IMG/VR virus record: IMGVR_UViG_3300043388_000012
Coordinates: 1-64,000 of that record
DNA from: a virus
Taxonomy: Duplodnaviria > Caudoviricetes
Reading direction: 5' to 3' (one strand)
Length of the DNA stretch: 64,000 bases
The position numbers and the translations under genes were made by a program. A model generated the notes under the pieces. The model worked only from the letters and a program-made list of their open reading frames with translations. It did not search any database and had not been told where the DNA came from. Shown here one piece after another: positions 33,244 through 43,513 of the stretch (within the stretch, counting starts at the first letter, position 1; every line of letters begins with the position of its first letter).

Positions 33244-34056
33244 TTGGTGTCCCGATTACGGAGAGCACACAATCAGATCCGCATGAGCGTCGAGACGGTT
33301 AGTACGTTTCCAGATCTAATTCCGTGCAGGGTCTTCGCAGACCTTCGGTCAACAGTCGCAGCGTCGATGCCGTATCTGAAGTGGAGATACAACGGCCTAG
33401 GCGTGCTGCAAGCCTACCTCGAGGAAGGTGAGAGTGAAGAGCTCCGCGTTCACGTCTGGCATCCAGACCTCGAGAAGCCGGGCATCCGCGACAGCGGCAA
33501 AATCCACGATCATCGGTTCGACCTCCGCTCGACTGTGCTGCTCGGCTCGATCGGCCATGTTGAGTTCCGCCTGACTCCGCATCCGGAAGGCCAATGGGAG
33601 ACGCATGACGTCGTCAACGCTCGCAAGGCGATGGCGGATGAGAGCGTGTACAAGGCAGGCTTGTTCGACGGGCAGGTCGACTCACGCGGCGAGTACTTCC
33701 ACGCGAAGACGACTCCGTTCACGTTCCGAGAGCGGGACGTGTATCTCTACCCTCAAGGCTGCTTTCACGAGAGCTTCGTTCAGGACCTTTGCGTCACTCT
33801 CGTGCGCAAGATGAACCAACAAGAACGTAAGGCACGCATCCTCTCTCCGCGTGGCCATGTGGTGACTCACGCGTTCGCAGAGCCGATGCCGGAGGCGAAG
33901 TGGCGTCCGTTTCTCGAGCTGGCAACCGAGCGGCTTCGAGAAGCCGGCAAGGCGCGGCAACCACGGCGAGCGTCGATGCCGCCGACGATCGAGCTCCGGG
34001 ACAACATCAGGCTGAAAGATATGACGGGGCAACCACCACAGGGGGGGCAGCAGTGA
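33244..34056 (+). CDS. Cupin-like protein
   Basis: LRVHVWHP...IHDHRFDLRSTVLLG...FHES, a cupin-type His cluster. Confidence 0.5.
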   Translation: MVSRLRRAHNQIRMSVETVSTFPDLIPCRVFADLRSTVAASMPYLKWRYNGLGVLQAYLEEGESEELRVHVWHPDLEKPGIRDSGKIHDHRFDLRSTVLLGSIGHVEFRLTPHPEGQWETHDVVNARKAMADESVYKAGLFDGQVDSRGEYFHAKTTPFTFRERDVYLYPQGCFHESFVQDLCVTLVRKMNQQERKARILSPRGHVVTHAFAEPMPEAKWRPFLELATERLREAGKARQPRRASMPPTIELRDNIRLKDMTGQPPQGGQQ

Positions 34057-34348
34057 CCGCCGCCGTCAGTTGCATGCATAGTCTGCGTTCGCTGCTCTGG
34101 GTATGGCTGATTTCACCAAAATGCACGGCCGTGCTCTTTGCGTCGCTGTCAGTGCTGCTAGTCGTGCTCTCCGTGTTGTTCGGTGCTTCGTGCAAGGTGA
34201 GTTACTGCGCCGTGAAGCCGGACGAATACGACGAGTTCATGACCGGATGTCTGCAGAACGTGGATAGAGGCGATGCCGTTGGGGAGTGCGGCAGGCGAGC
34301 TACCTTTTTAGGGTATGCGGCGCGTGTCGACGGAGAGTGCCCGGCTCG

Positions 34349-34594
34349 TTAGCCGCAGTAGGCTCGGAGTCGACGTCGCACCGTGTTGCCGCAGACTCCG
34401 AGCTTCTCAGCGGCTTCGGGGATGGTGAGCCTCCCAGCGATCACTGCCTTGATGACGCGGTCACTGAGAGGCAGCGGAGGCCTTCCGCCTTCGGGCAAGC
34501 CTGCCTTCTTCCGCCGCCTTTGTTCAGCGGCGTTCGCCTTCCTGACGACAGCGCGGCACTTCTTGCAGAGCAGGTATTCGTACTTGATCGGCAT
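34349..34594 (-). CDS. Small Zn-finger/HTH protein
   Basis: CKKC plus LTIPEAAEKLGVCGNTVRRRLR. Confidence 0.65.
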   Translation of the reverse strand: MPIKYEYLLCKKCRAVVRKANAAEQRRRKKAGLPEGGRPPLPLSDRVIKAVIAGRLTIPEAAEKLGVCGNTVRRRLRAYCG

Positions 34595-34651
34595 CGCTTG
34601 CCCGAGATACTACGGCAGAACCGACCATGCTCAAGCTCCGCGTGAAATCCG

Positions 34652-37600
34652 ATGAATGACGAACAGAAGCTAAAGGACGTGACAGCGCGGCTGGAGCGCT
34701 CGATCGAAACCGAAGTGAGGCTTCGACGGTCGGGGCGGAGTTGGTTCCGTTCGTTCATGGCCATGGCCGAAGGGGTCGGTATGGGCGGGCTCTGCCTGTG
34801 GGCGATCTTCGAGTGTCCGGAGAGCTCGCAAGGATATGTGTTACTCGGAGTGTGTAGCGCTTCGGTGATCGCGATGATGGTGAGCAAGTATTTTCAGGAA
34901 CAGGCGATGAAGCAGCTGTGCATCGATCTCGAGCGTATGGGCAAACACGATCAAGTGATGATGGCGAAGTTCTTGGAGCGAATCGAGGCTCAACATGCGA
35001 ATGGCGAAGCTGCGACGGCTCCACAGGAATCGACTTACTGAACTGCTTTATGAGTGCTTCGTGCTCGTGAAGATAGTCGTGCGCATCTTGGCTCTGCATC
35101 TCAGCATAGCATCGCTCAACGGCCTGCTTTTGTTCCGCGGCCGTACCTGGCTCCAGCTGTTCGTGCTTTGCGTCATCACTGCGGCACTGTCGTTTTTCGT
35201 GTCCCGGATGGCGTTGACGAGCAACTAGGATCCTTGTCAGGCAACGAGTAGCGGGCTCTGCTCTCCCGGTCGCTGGTGACGCGGGAGAGCGGTTCTTACT
35301 AAGATGCCGTAGTTTTGAGCGCATGAGTCCGCGCCGTCAGAGTCATCTGTTGTTGAAGCGACTTCGCATCGCTCTCGAAGCACAACGAATGCACGTTGCC
35401 AGACTGCAGGAGCTGTTGAGCTTCAGCACGAACTTCAGTCAGGTCGAAGCGAAGGCGGTCGCGGATGCGGTCGCAGGCGTTACCGATGCAGCAGCCAAGA
35501 TTGAAGAAGCGATCGAGCTGACAGATGAAACAACCGTTGTCGGCTTTCTCAGACGAAAGAAACCACCATGAGCGAGCAGGCGCGCGTCGAGTCACCGGGT
35601 TACAGCGTTGGTTATCCCGTCTCAGACGTAGCGATGATCGACAACGCGACGAAGGTCTTTGAAGCGCTCGAAGCGCTCCCATCAGACAAGGTCCGAGCCC
35701 GAGTGATTCTCTCGGCTATCGCGTACTACGTACCGGGAGCGTTCACGGCGAAGCAGATGGGAGCTTTGCTGGAGCAAGCGAAGTGAGCCGGTCTCGCAGA
35801 GGCGGTTGTCGCTGCAGACGTGGGCATGGTTGCAAGTCGGAGCTTCCGCCGAACGTCAAACGCAACGAGCGGCGTGATAGTTCGCGGCGTGATGCACGAG
35901 AGGTGTTGCAGGTCTTCGATAACTGGCGGTTCAAAATCCCGAAGGAACTACGATGACAAGAGATGAGGTCAAGCAGTGGCACGAAGCACATCCGTTCGGT
36001 GCTCGTGATGAGGCGTACATGGATGGCTTGTTAGCTAACGTCAAGAAGCGTTGGCTAGAGCGTCCGCGTGAGCGGTTCGGACAGATGATCGTCAACACGA
36101 CTTTTCTGCAACTGCTGTTTCAGCTGCTCGACGAAGATTGGTGTGACGAATGAGAGTCCCATACGAGACGGCATCGAGCGGACAACGCGCACTAGCTGAG
36201 ATCGAGAAGACACTGCATCGTTTTGGCTGTCAGTCGTTTGGAGCCATGCAGGACTTCGAACGTAAGACGCTCATCATACAGTTCAAGTACCGCAACATGC
36301 AGATGCACGTTGAAGCTTCGATGTCAGGCTACGCGGCTCAGTGGCTCAAGGCGCATCCGTGGTCGAACCGCATGCGGCGAGCCAAGGTCGACCACGAACG
36401 CGAAGCGCTGCGAGTCGCGAGCTTCGCTGTGTATTCAATCTTGAGAGATTGGATCAAGGGGCAAGTGATGGCCATCGAGTCCGGGATCCTGACGTTCGAA
36501 GGCGCGTTTCTCGGCCAGATCATGCTGCAGAGCGGCGGCTCCGTTCTTCAGCACCTGCAGAAGCAGCAGTTGCTACCCACGGAGGCAAGCTCATGACGAA
36601 GAAGAAGAAACGCACTCGAAAGCAGAGCTCGCCGTTCGTCATCCGGCTCGATGGTGAGTTGTTGCGCTTGGCAAATGCTGTGATGGATCTGGCGGAGGAA
36701 GCAGCCTGTATGGTGATCACACGTTCGTCGGTTCTTCGAGCAGCAATGGGACGCGGACTCGGACAGATGCGGGATGAGTTGCTAGCAAAGGCGAAGAAGT
36801 CATGAGCAAAGAGGATCGATGGTGGGCGACATTCAACGTGTCACTAGGTGGCCTTCGCGCTGGCACCAATGAACATTGGCTGACGAAAGTCGATGGAGAA
36901 AGCCGGGAGTACAAGTTTCGTGCTGGCGAGACAGAAGCGATCTACGGCATTGCAAAATCAGACGCGGACCGAGCACACGGCTCGCTCGTAGGCTCGGAAG
37001 ATTGAACCCATGAAGGCAGGTAGCGATCAACGTTGGGTTTGTACCGCATGCGGCAAGTTCACGGAGCTCGGAGGGGATGCGCTCGATTTGCACGATACGT
37101 CATGCGTGCACTATGCAGCGTTGTGCCACGGGACGCGTGAGCCGGGTCAGCCGTGGAAGGCAGTTCCTACAGATGCTGTCGCATGGCACGACGATAAAGG
37201 GGAGCCGACAACATGAACACACGCGAGATTGCAGAGCAGGTCGCTGCTCTCTTGGACATTTGTTATGCACGCGCGCTCTACCTACGAGCGGTCGACTACG
37301 CGCACAAGTTGTCTACCGTCTCCGAAGAGCCTCGGTTGAATAGACTGTCTGATGCAGCCAACGTCGGCGCGCTCGCGAAGCGCAACGCTGCTTACGTGAA
37401 GGCGTTCATACGCGAGCTGCAGTCAGAGGCTAAATGAAGATCGGTGGAACCACGTTCAGGCAACGACTCGAAGGCGCGGCGGAACGGCTGGAGCTCTTAG
37501 CCGTTCGCTCGTCTCCGCTGATTGCATCGCTCATCAAGCTCGAAGTCGTCGCAGTACGAGAAGCATCGATCATGCTCGAAGATGAGCCGTGCAACGCATG

Positions 37601-37921
37601 CAATGGACGCGGCGAGAACGATAGAGGCGCGTGCACGAACTGCGGCGGAACGGGGGCTCTGTGACTGACTGCATTCACCTCGAGTTCGTGGTCGAAGCGG
37701 AAGTCACGCGGCTCGTCGACCTTATGACGCGGCTAGAGAAGACAGACGGCGCAGCATCGGCCTTCATGGCTGCGATCAAGATCCGTTGTCGCGAGTGCGG
37801 CCTGTACTTCACGTTCGAAGGACTGCCGCGCGGAGTTTCGTTTTACCATCCGCTTGTCAGCTCGGACCGAACAGAGCTCCGGGCTCCGATCAAGCCAGCT
37901 CCGCGAGAGAGGCTCGACTGA
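34652..37921 (+). other. Run of small hypothetical genes, including an RHH-like gene at 36593-36805
   Basis: ORFs ending at 35041, 35571, 35786, 36153, 36596, 36805, 37005, 37216, 37437, 37664, 37921, mostly with stop/start overlaps. Confidence 0.7.
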
Positions 37922-38256
37922 TGACCAAGGAAGCGCAGCAAACCGACCCGCTCGACATGACGTTGCGCGAGCTTCTGGCGGCACTCGTTGATCGAGCAGG
38001 AGCCAGCGCGAACGATGAAGAATGGATCAACATCCGCGGAGAGGTTTACCCATGGCGGCGCATCATCGCAGCTGCGGAGCGCGGCGAGTGCGAGGTGAGC
38101 CGCGTCGGTCGGCGGTTGATGATGCGGCGTTCGGAGCTGAGCAAGTTCTTGGCTGCAAGGCGCATCGGTCCGAAGAAGGTTGAACCTAAGACCGATGCGC
38201 CTACGAGCGAGCTAGACAGGTCAGTGCAGCGAGCGCTTCGCCGTAACGGGCTCTAG
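37921..38256 (+). CDS. xis: Excisionase-like winged HTH protein
   Basis: AAERGECEVSRVGRRLMMRRSELSKFL; convergent with and overlapping the integrase end. Confidence 0.65.
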   Translation: MTKEAQQTDPLDMTLRELLAALVDRAGASANDEEWINIRGEVYPWRRIIAAAERGECEVSRVGRRLMMRRSELSKFLAARRIGPKKVEPKTDAPTSELDRSVQRALRRNGL

Positions 38257-39560
38257 TGTTTCGAGAGCCGTGAGACGTTCATGGCGGCGAGCTCTGGGAT
38301 CGCGAGAGAGATATCGGGGAACGGACCCGGGTTGAGCTGGAGGTCTTCGAGGCTCCGCGCCGCTCGGACGTAGCGATCCATGATCTCCTTCGTGATGTGA
38401 CCGGTTCGATCTGTGATCCATCCATCGCTTTTGCCAGCTCGCTTAGCCCAAGTGACGAAGGTCGCTCGCAGGTCGTGAAAGCGCAACGCTTGGATCTTGT
38501 CTGTGTTGCTGAAGAGTATCCCTCGAGTGACACCAGCGCAGAGCAGATCCTTGCGAAGGGTCTCGGCTTCGAAGCGGCGTCTGCAGTGCAGTGTGGAGAT
38601 GACCGGCTTCGAGTCAGAGGGCCAGCCGCAGTATTCTCGCCATCTACGTAAGAGCTCGATGAGCGAACCGATTCCCGGTGACTCCGCGTCGCGTTGCACG
38701 AACATCACGGGATGATCGTTCTTGTTCACGAGACTCAGGATCGTTGAGTGGGTCAGGTCGATCGAGCTCCAGAGAAAGAACTCGATGCGGCTCTCTTCGT
38801 CGGCGGTAGCACGCGATCGGTTGCCGATTGGGATCGAGCCTTTGCGCAGACCCGTGTACGTAGCTAGCGCGTAGTACACGCGGCGTTCGATCGGGATGGC
38901 GATGCACATCAAGAGAGCAAGGAGCTCGACCGGGTAAAGGTAGCTGTAGAGCTTTGACGGGCCTTTGCTCGGGAGCAGGTCATCGCTGACAGGGTTGTCT
39001 TCGCGAAGCCGACCGGGGCGGATGGCAAGGTCGAAGAGCCGATGCGTGACCATGTACACTTGCCGCTTCGTGCCTTGCTTCGGGTTCTTCTTGTATCGAC
39101 GCTTGTAGGCGACCCATGCAGCTGCGAAGGCTCGCTCGACGTCCTGCTCAGTGACCGCGGAGACCGCCATGTCTCCGAGGTATGGGTACACGTGTTGTTC
39201 GAGGCGACGCACGTCATCTTCGGCAGACTTCTTGATCTTGAGTCGTTTCACTTCGCCGTATTTTTGATGCAGCTTGCCCGACGTCCATTCCTCTCCGAAT
39301 GCTCTGACCTTCTTTTCAGCTCGGAGCCGTTCGGGCATCTCTGCTGCGGGGTTTCGAAATGCAGTCGAGAACTTTTTCGCCGCAGCTTGAGCGGCATCCT
39401 TGTCTGCTTCCTTGTTCGTGTAGAGAGGTCGACCATCGTCGGCAAGCATCTCTTCGCGGATGCGGCTTCCGCGAACGCTGATCTTCGCAACGTAGCGGCC
39501 GCCCTTCGTAGGCAACCACTCGGCAGAGCCTGTCGCTGGCTTGGTTTCGCTTGGTTTCAT
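38253..39560 (-). CDS. int: Tyrosine integrase
   Basis: TGLRKGS (R), FHDLRATF (HxxR), TGH, MDRY (Y); likely start ATG 39560, downstream of the arm repeats. Confidence 0.93.
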   Translation of the reverse strand: MKPSETKPATGSAEWLPTKGGRYVAKISVRGSRIREEMLADDGRPLYTNKEADKDAAQAAAKKFSTAFRNPAAEMPERLRAEKKVRAFGEEWTSGKLHQKYGEVKRLKIKKSAEDDVRRLEQHVYPYLGDMAVSAVTEQDVERAFAAAWVAYKRRYKKNPKQGTKRQVYMVTHRLFDLAIRPGRLREDNPVSDDLLPSKGPSKLYSYLYPVELLALLMCIAIPIERRVYYALATYTGLRKGSIPIGNRSRATADEESRIEFFLWSSIDLTHSTILSLVNKNDHPVMFVQRDAESPGIGSLIELLRRWREYCGWPSDSKPVISTLHCRRRFEAETLRKDLLCAGVTRGILFSNTDKIQALRFHDLRATFVTWAKRAGKSDGWITDRTGHITKEIMDRYVRAARSLEDLQLNPGPFPDISLAIPELAAMNVSRLSKH

Positions 39561-39581
39561 GCGCTTTGCTGCTTCCCGTGG

Positions 39582-39630
39582 GGAGAATCGTCCAGACAGC
39601 TCGGAGAATCGTCCATGCAACTGTCCAGAC
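39582..39630. repeat. Left arm-type Int-binding repeats
   Basis: GGAGAATCGTCCA at 39582 and 39603, plus related TGTCCAGAC ending at 39630. Confidence 0.75.
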
Positions 39631-39705
39631 GGGTTTGTTCAGTGGGTTTCTGGAGGCTAGGACCCGTCAAAACCCGCTGAAACGGCTTCTAGCATGCGAT
39701 CCCTA

Positions 39706-39765
39706 CGGACTCAAAATCCGGTATCCCTTGCAGGATGTGCCGGTTCGACCCCGGCCTCGGCTACC
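39706..39765 (+). other. attP core: 3' portion of tRNA-Leu(CAA)
   Basis: CGGA-CTCAAAA-TCCG anticodon arm, ATCC-CTTGCA-GGAT variable arm, GCCGG-TTCGACC-CCGGC T arm, CTCGGCT-A-CC; no 5' half upstream; adjacent to int. Confidence 0.88.
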
Positions 39766-39828
39766 GCTTGAAATCGTGGGGCTTTTGACTGAAGCAGCCT
39801 GCAAACTAGAGCCGGATAACGGGGGAGC

Positions 39829-39850
39829 TCTGGACGATTCTATGGACAAT
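39829..39850. repeat. Right arm-type repeats, inverted relative to the left arm
   Basis: TCTGGACGATTCT is the reverse complement of AGAATCGTCCAGA (39584-39596); followed by ATGGACAAT. Confidence 0.75.
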
Positions 39851-39877
39851 ACTCCCGATGTTCAGTGAGCTTGGCGG

Positions 39878-40327
39878 ATGCCGACCAAAGCCGCGCGAAG
39901 TGCCGCTGTAGAGTCTGCTCTCCGCCTCCTGACGCTCCGGAAGGCTTCATGGGCGGAGCAGACACTCGCCGCCGAAGTGCTGGCCCTACGAGGCGAGCTA
40001 GCGGCTCTGCTGCGCAAGCAGGACACGGCACGACGGCAAGCAGGAAGGCGGAGCGAGCTGGAGAGAACCGCTCGGCAGACAGAGTTGCGGTTCGCTGAAG
40101 AGCAGGCCCTACGGATCGCGATTGCCCATTGGCGCGGCCACACGCTGAAGGACGTGGCGAACGTGTTCGGCTACTCGCTGTCGACCGTGCAGAAGCGCTT
40201 GCGATGGGCGCGGGCGAACTTCCCTGTGTTGTGCGATCCGGCCTGCGAGCGATGCCGGAAGATGCCGATCAACATCACCCCTTGCAAGGCATGTCTGAGC
40301 TCGCTACCGCTTCGGCGTGCTCGATGA
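39878..40327 (+). CDS. Sigma-region-4-like HTH plus Cys cluster protein
   Basis: GHTLKDVANVFGYSLSTVQKRLRWAR; CERC..CKAC. Confidence 0.6.
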   Translation: MPTKAARSAAVESALRLLTLRKASWAEQTLAAEVLALRGELAALLRKQDTARRQAGRRSELERTARQTELRFAEEQALRIAIAHWRGHTLKDVANVFGYSLSTVQKRLRWARANFPVLCDPACERCRKMPINITPCKACLSSLPLRRAR

Positions 40328-42049
40328 ACGGAGGATCGATGACAGACCACGATCGGCGAGAGTGCTCGATACCAGGTTGCAAGTACTGCGGCGGTAGTGC
40401 CGAGATCTTCCGAGCGAGCGACGCTTCGCCCGAACACAGGAAGATGCTCGATGCAGCGATGCAATTGCGGCCGCAGTGGCTGGCGAAGGCGCGAGAGCTC
40501 GGGATGACAACGAGCAAGCACGAGGGGTACATGTGTTACAACTCGTGCGAGACAACCGATCATCACTTCGCCATCATGAGCTACGACGTCATCATCGCTG
40601 ACGCGCAAGGCGTCGACTTGGAAGGAGCACCTCCGAGTCTCGAACGCATCCGCGTTACAGCGATGCATGGCCGCGATTCGTCATCTCCTGGCATAGCACG
40701 AATGGGAACAACTCTCGATTGGCTATACCCGTGCGGCTGTGGTCGATGGGAGATGCCAACCGATGAGCAGACTGACGCGATGAAGCGGAAGGTAGCCAAG
40801 ATGGGCGCCGCCGACTTCGCTCGTCAGCAACGTCGTGCGCTCACGAAGAAGCGCCCGAGCTGATGGAAACGTATGTTGCGATCTTCGCCGATGGCGAGTG
40901 CTGCGGCTTCACGAGCAAGCGGAACTTCGACGGTTGGACTCAGGAGATGCGGGACGGCTTTTGCGAAGATACGGATGGCATGATCGAGTTCGAGGGCCCG
41001 TCCTATCCGGGGGAGTTGGCTAGCCTGTGGGAGGTCGAGACTGTGTTTGCAGAAGCCAAGAGACTCGCGTCCGAGGCGGTCAAAGCCCGTTGACGTGAAC
41101 GCGACCATGTGCCAACACGGGCGGCATGCGAGTCACCGGCTATGCACTACGCGAAGCGATCAAGCGGCATACGCTGCGGCGCGATACTGCCGCGTCCATG
41201 TTCGAGAACACGCTCAAGCGTTTTCCCGACGAACACAAGCCTACTCCGGATGAAGTGATGAACACGTTCGTTACGGCTGACCTTGCGATCGCGGCGCTGC
41301 AAACGGCGCAGATGCGATACAACATAGAGCAGGTCGTGAAGATCGGAGGCCGCTCCATCTCGCTCGCTGAAGCGATCAAGCGAGTCGGCGGAGTTGGGCG
41401 ATCCGAGAAGATGTGGCGCAGTGCGGCAGCACCATCCAAGCGCGATGCCTATGGCAGAGATGACGATGAGCGCGATCCTTCTCGCGTTCGTTCGGTAGTT
41501 ACGCTAACGCCGCTCGAAGCAGCCGATCGCGCGCTGCTCGCAGGCAAGCAAGCCGCGGAACTGCGGCAGGCGATCGCGGTCGCGAATGCGGCTGCGCTCG
41601 ATATCGAGAGCTTGAGTGCGGAGCTGATGGAGTAATCCTTCGGCATCTGCATGAGAGAAGGGGTAGCGAACGAGACGCAAAACTATTGCCGGCGAGAGCC
41701 GGTGGAATTTCGTTTCTGGGGTTCGGTCTGCACTTCAGCCTCTATCTGCTCGTTGGCTCACAATTGCTCGTTGCCAGGCGGTGAGTGAATGCGCTGTAGA
41801 TCCTGGTCACGAGATCTGCTCGATGCTTGTCCGTTCGCTACCCTGTTTTTATGACTCCCGAAGAAGCGCGCGAGCAGTACACAGTGGCTTGGCTCGCCTA
41901 TCGGCTGCTCACGACTGAGCGAGACACGATGACCAAGCTTGAGCGCATGATGGACGAAGCCCAACCGTTCATCGCGGCGAGCCCATCAGATCCTGCTTGG
42001 AAGGAGTTCGTGAAGACGCTTCCGGGCTTCCCTATGCGTCAGCGTAAAG

Positions 42050-42619
42050 ATGCCGTACGCAAAACCGACCGATAAGCAGCTCTCCGCGATCGCCGAAGTC
42101 GTCACAGACAGGCATGTGCACGATCTCGGAGCCGGTGACTGTCACTTGGCCGTGTTGCTTCTGCTCGAATGCAACGCGCGCACTGTGACGGTAGTCGACT
42201 ACGTGTTGCCAAGGGATGGTCGCAGGCGAGCTCTCGAGTACATGTTGCCGGGAGATCTCATCTTCGTCGATGCCATGTTCGAGAAGTACGTACTGAGCAA
42301 GCCGATCGATGTGGCATTCCTCTCTTGGCCTCCGAACAGGTTCGTACCTGGCTTGCTCGATCTGGTCGCTAGCGCACGGACGATCATCTATCTCGGCTCG
42401 AACGCCGATTGCAGTGCGTGTGGTGGTCTCGATCTCCTGCAGTACTTCTTGAGCCGTGAGCTGCAACGGTTCATCCCGGATAGGCAGAGCTCGTTGCTCG
42501 TGTTGGGCGATGTACTCGCACAACCGAGAGAGCCAACGGGCGAAGAGCGAGCCGGGATCGATGGCTGGAATGGTGGCCCGGTACTCAGCTTCGAAGCAGC
42601 GCACGGGAAGGATCCGTGA
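42050..42619 (+). CDS. Class I SAM-dependent methyltransferase-like protein
   Basis: VHDLGAGD glycine-rich motif I; DVAFLSWP. Confidence 0.55.
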   Translation: MPYAKPTDKQLSAIAEVVTDRHVHDLGAGDCHLAVLLLLECNARTVTVVDYVLPRDGRRRALEYMLPGDLIFVDAMFEKYVLSKPIDVAFLSWPPNRFVPGLLDLVASARTIIYLGSNADCSACGGLDLLQYFLSRELQRFIPDRQSSLLVLGDVLAQPREPTGEERAGIDGWNGGPVLSFEAAHGKDP

Positions 42620-43153
42620 CTCTCGGAGAGCCGGTTCTCGTGATCTTCGTGGTGTTGTTTCTTGCGGTGATCTTCGCGGAAGGCAGTGGCCCCGATGACC
42701 GCGATCACTGGGATGAGTGACGCTCGCAGGTCTTCCCGGTGTCATCAAAGCAGGCTCGAAGGCAGTCGGGGCATTCGTCCGACCGTTCGAGCAAGGTCTC
42801 GAAGAGTGCCTTCGGCGTGATGACCTGAATCATGAAGTCGAGCACCGTAGCCGATGGGTCGTGTTCGAGCATGGCTTCGCAGAGCAGCGCGAACTCGGCT
42901 AGCTTCCGGATCCTTCGTCGCGGTTTCGCGGATCTCTCGCAGTCTGGCTTGAAAGGCGGCGAGCGGTTCTTCGTAGTCGGATGGCATGCCAACTTGTCTA
43001 GCAGACAAGAAACCCGGGGGAGGTGATGGCCGGTCACCTGTGGCCGCCGTTCGTCGGAAACGTAGAACGGGACTCCACAGCTCTAGCCAATGCAGGGGTA
43101 TTGTCATCGGCATGCGCAGTGCTGTTGTATGCGGGCATGCAAAGGGAGGGCAC

Positions 43154-43513
43154 GTGAACAGAACTCGCAGGCAGTGTAAAAAATGCCCGTGGAAGGTCGG
43201 ATCGAACGCGTTCGATATCCCGAAAGGCTACGACCGCGAGAAGCACTGCGCGTTGAAGAACACGATCGCGAAGGGCCACTTCGATCCGAACGCGACTGAG
43301 CTCCGCCTGATGGCATGTCACGAGAGCAATGTCGGTAGAGAGGTTGTCTGTGTCGGCTGGCTGCATAACCAGCTGACTGAAGGAAACAACGTCCTGCTTC
43401 GGCTAGGCGTAGTCCGCGGCAAAATCAGCGCTGACTACAGACTCGATGGCGAGCAGCATCTTTCGTTCGAAGACACGTTGCCGAAAGGGGGAAGCGATGG
43501 CTCAACGGTATAG
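43154..43513 (+). CDS. Cys/His-rich protein, DUF6283-like
   Basis: CKKCPW...MACHES...CVGW. Confidence 0.45.
   Translation: MNRTRRQCKKCPWKVGSNAFDIPKGYDREKHCALKNTIAKGHFDPNATELRLMACHESNVGREVVCVGWLHNQLTEGNNVLLRLGVVRGKISADYRLDGEQHLSFEDTLPKGGSDGSTV

Noticed and set aside
39706-39765. Complete tRNA-Leu gene
   Set aside because: No D arm or 5' acceptor strand upstream and no intact CCA; it fits an attP core
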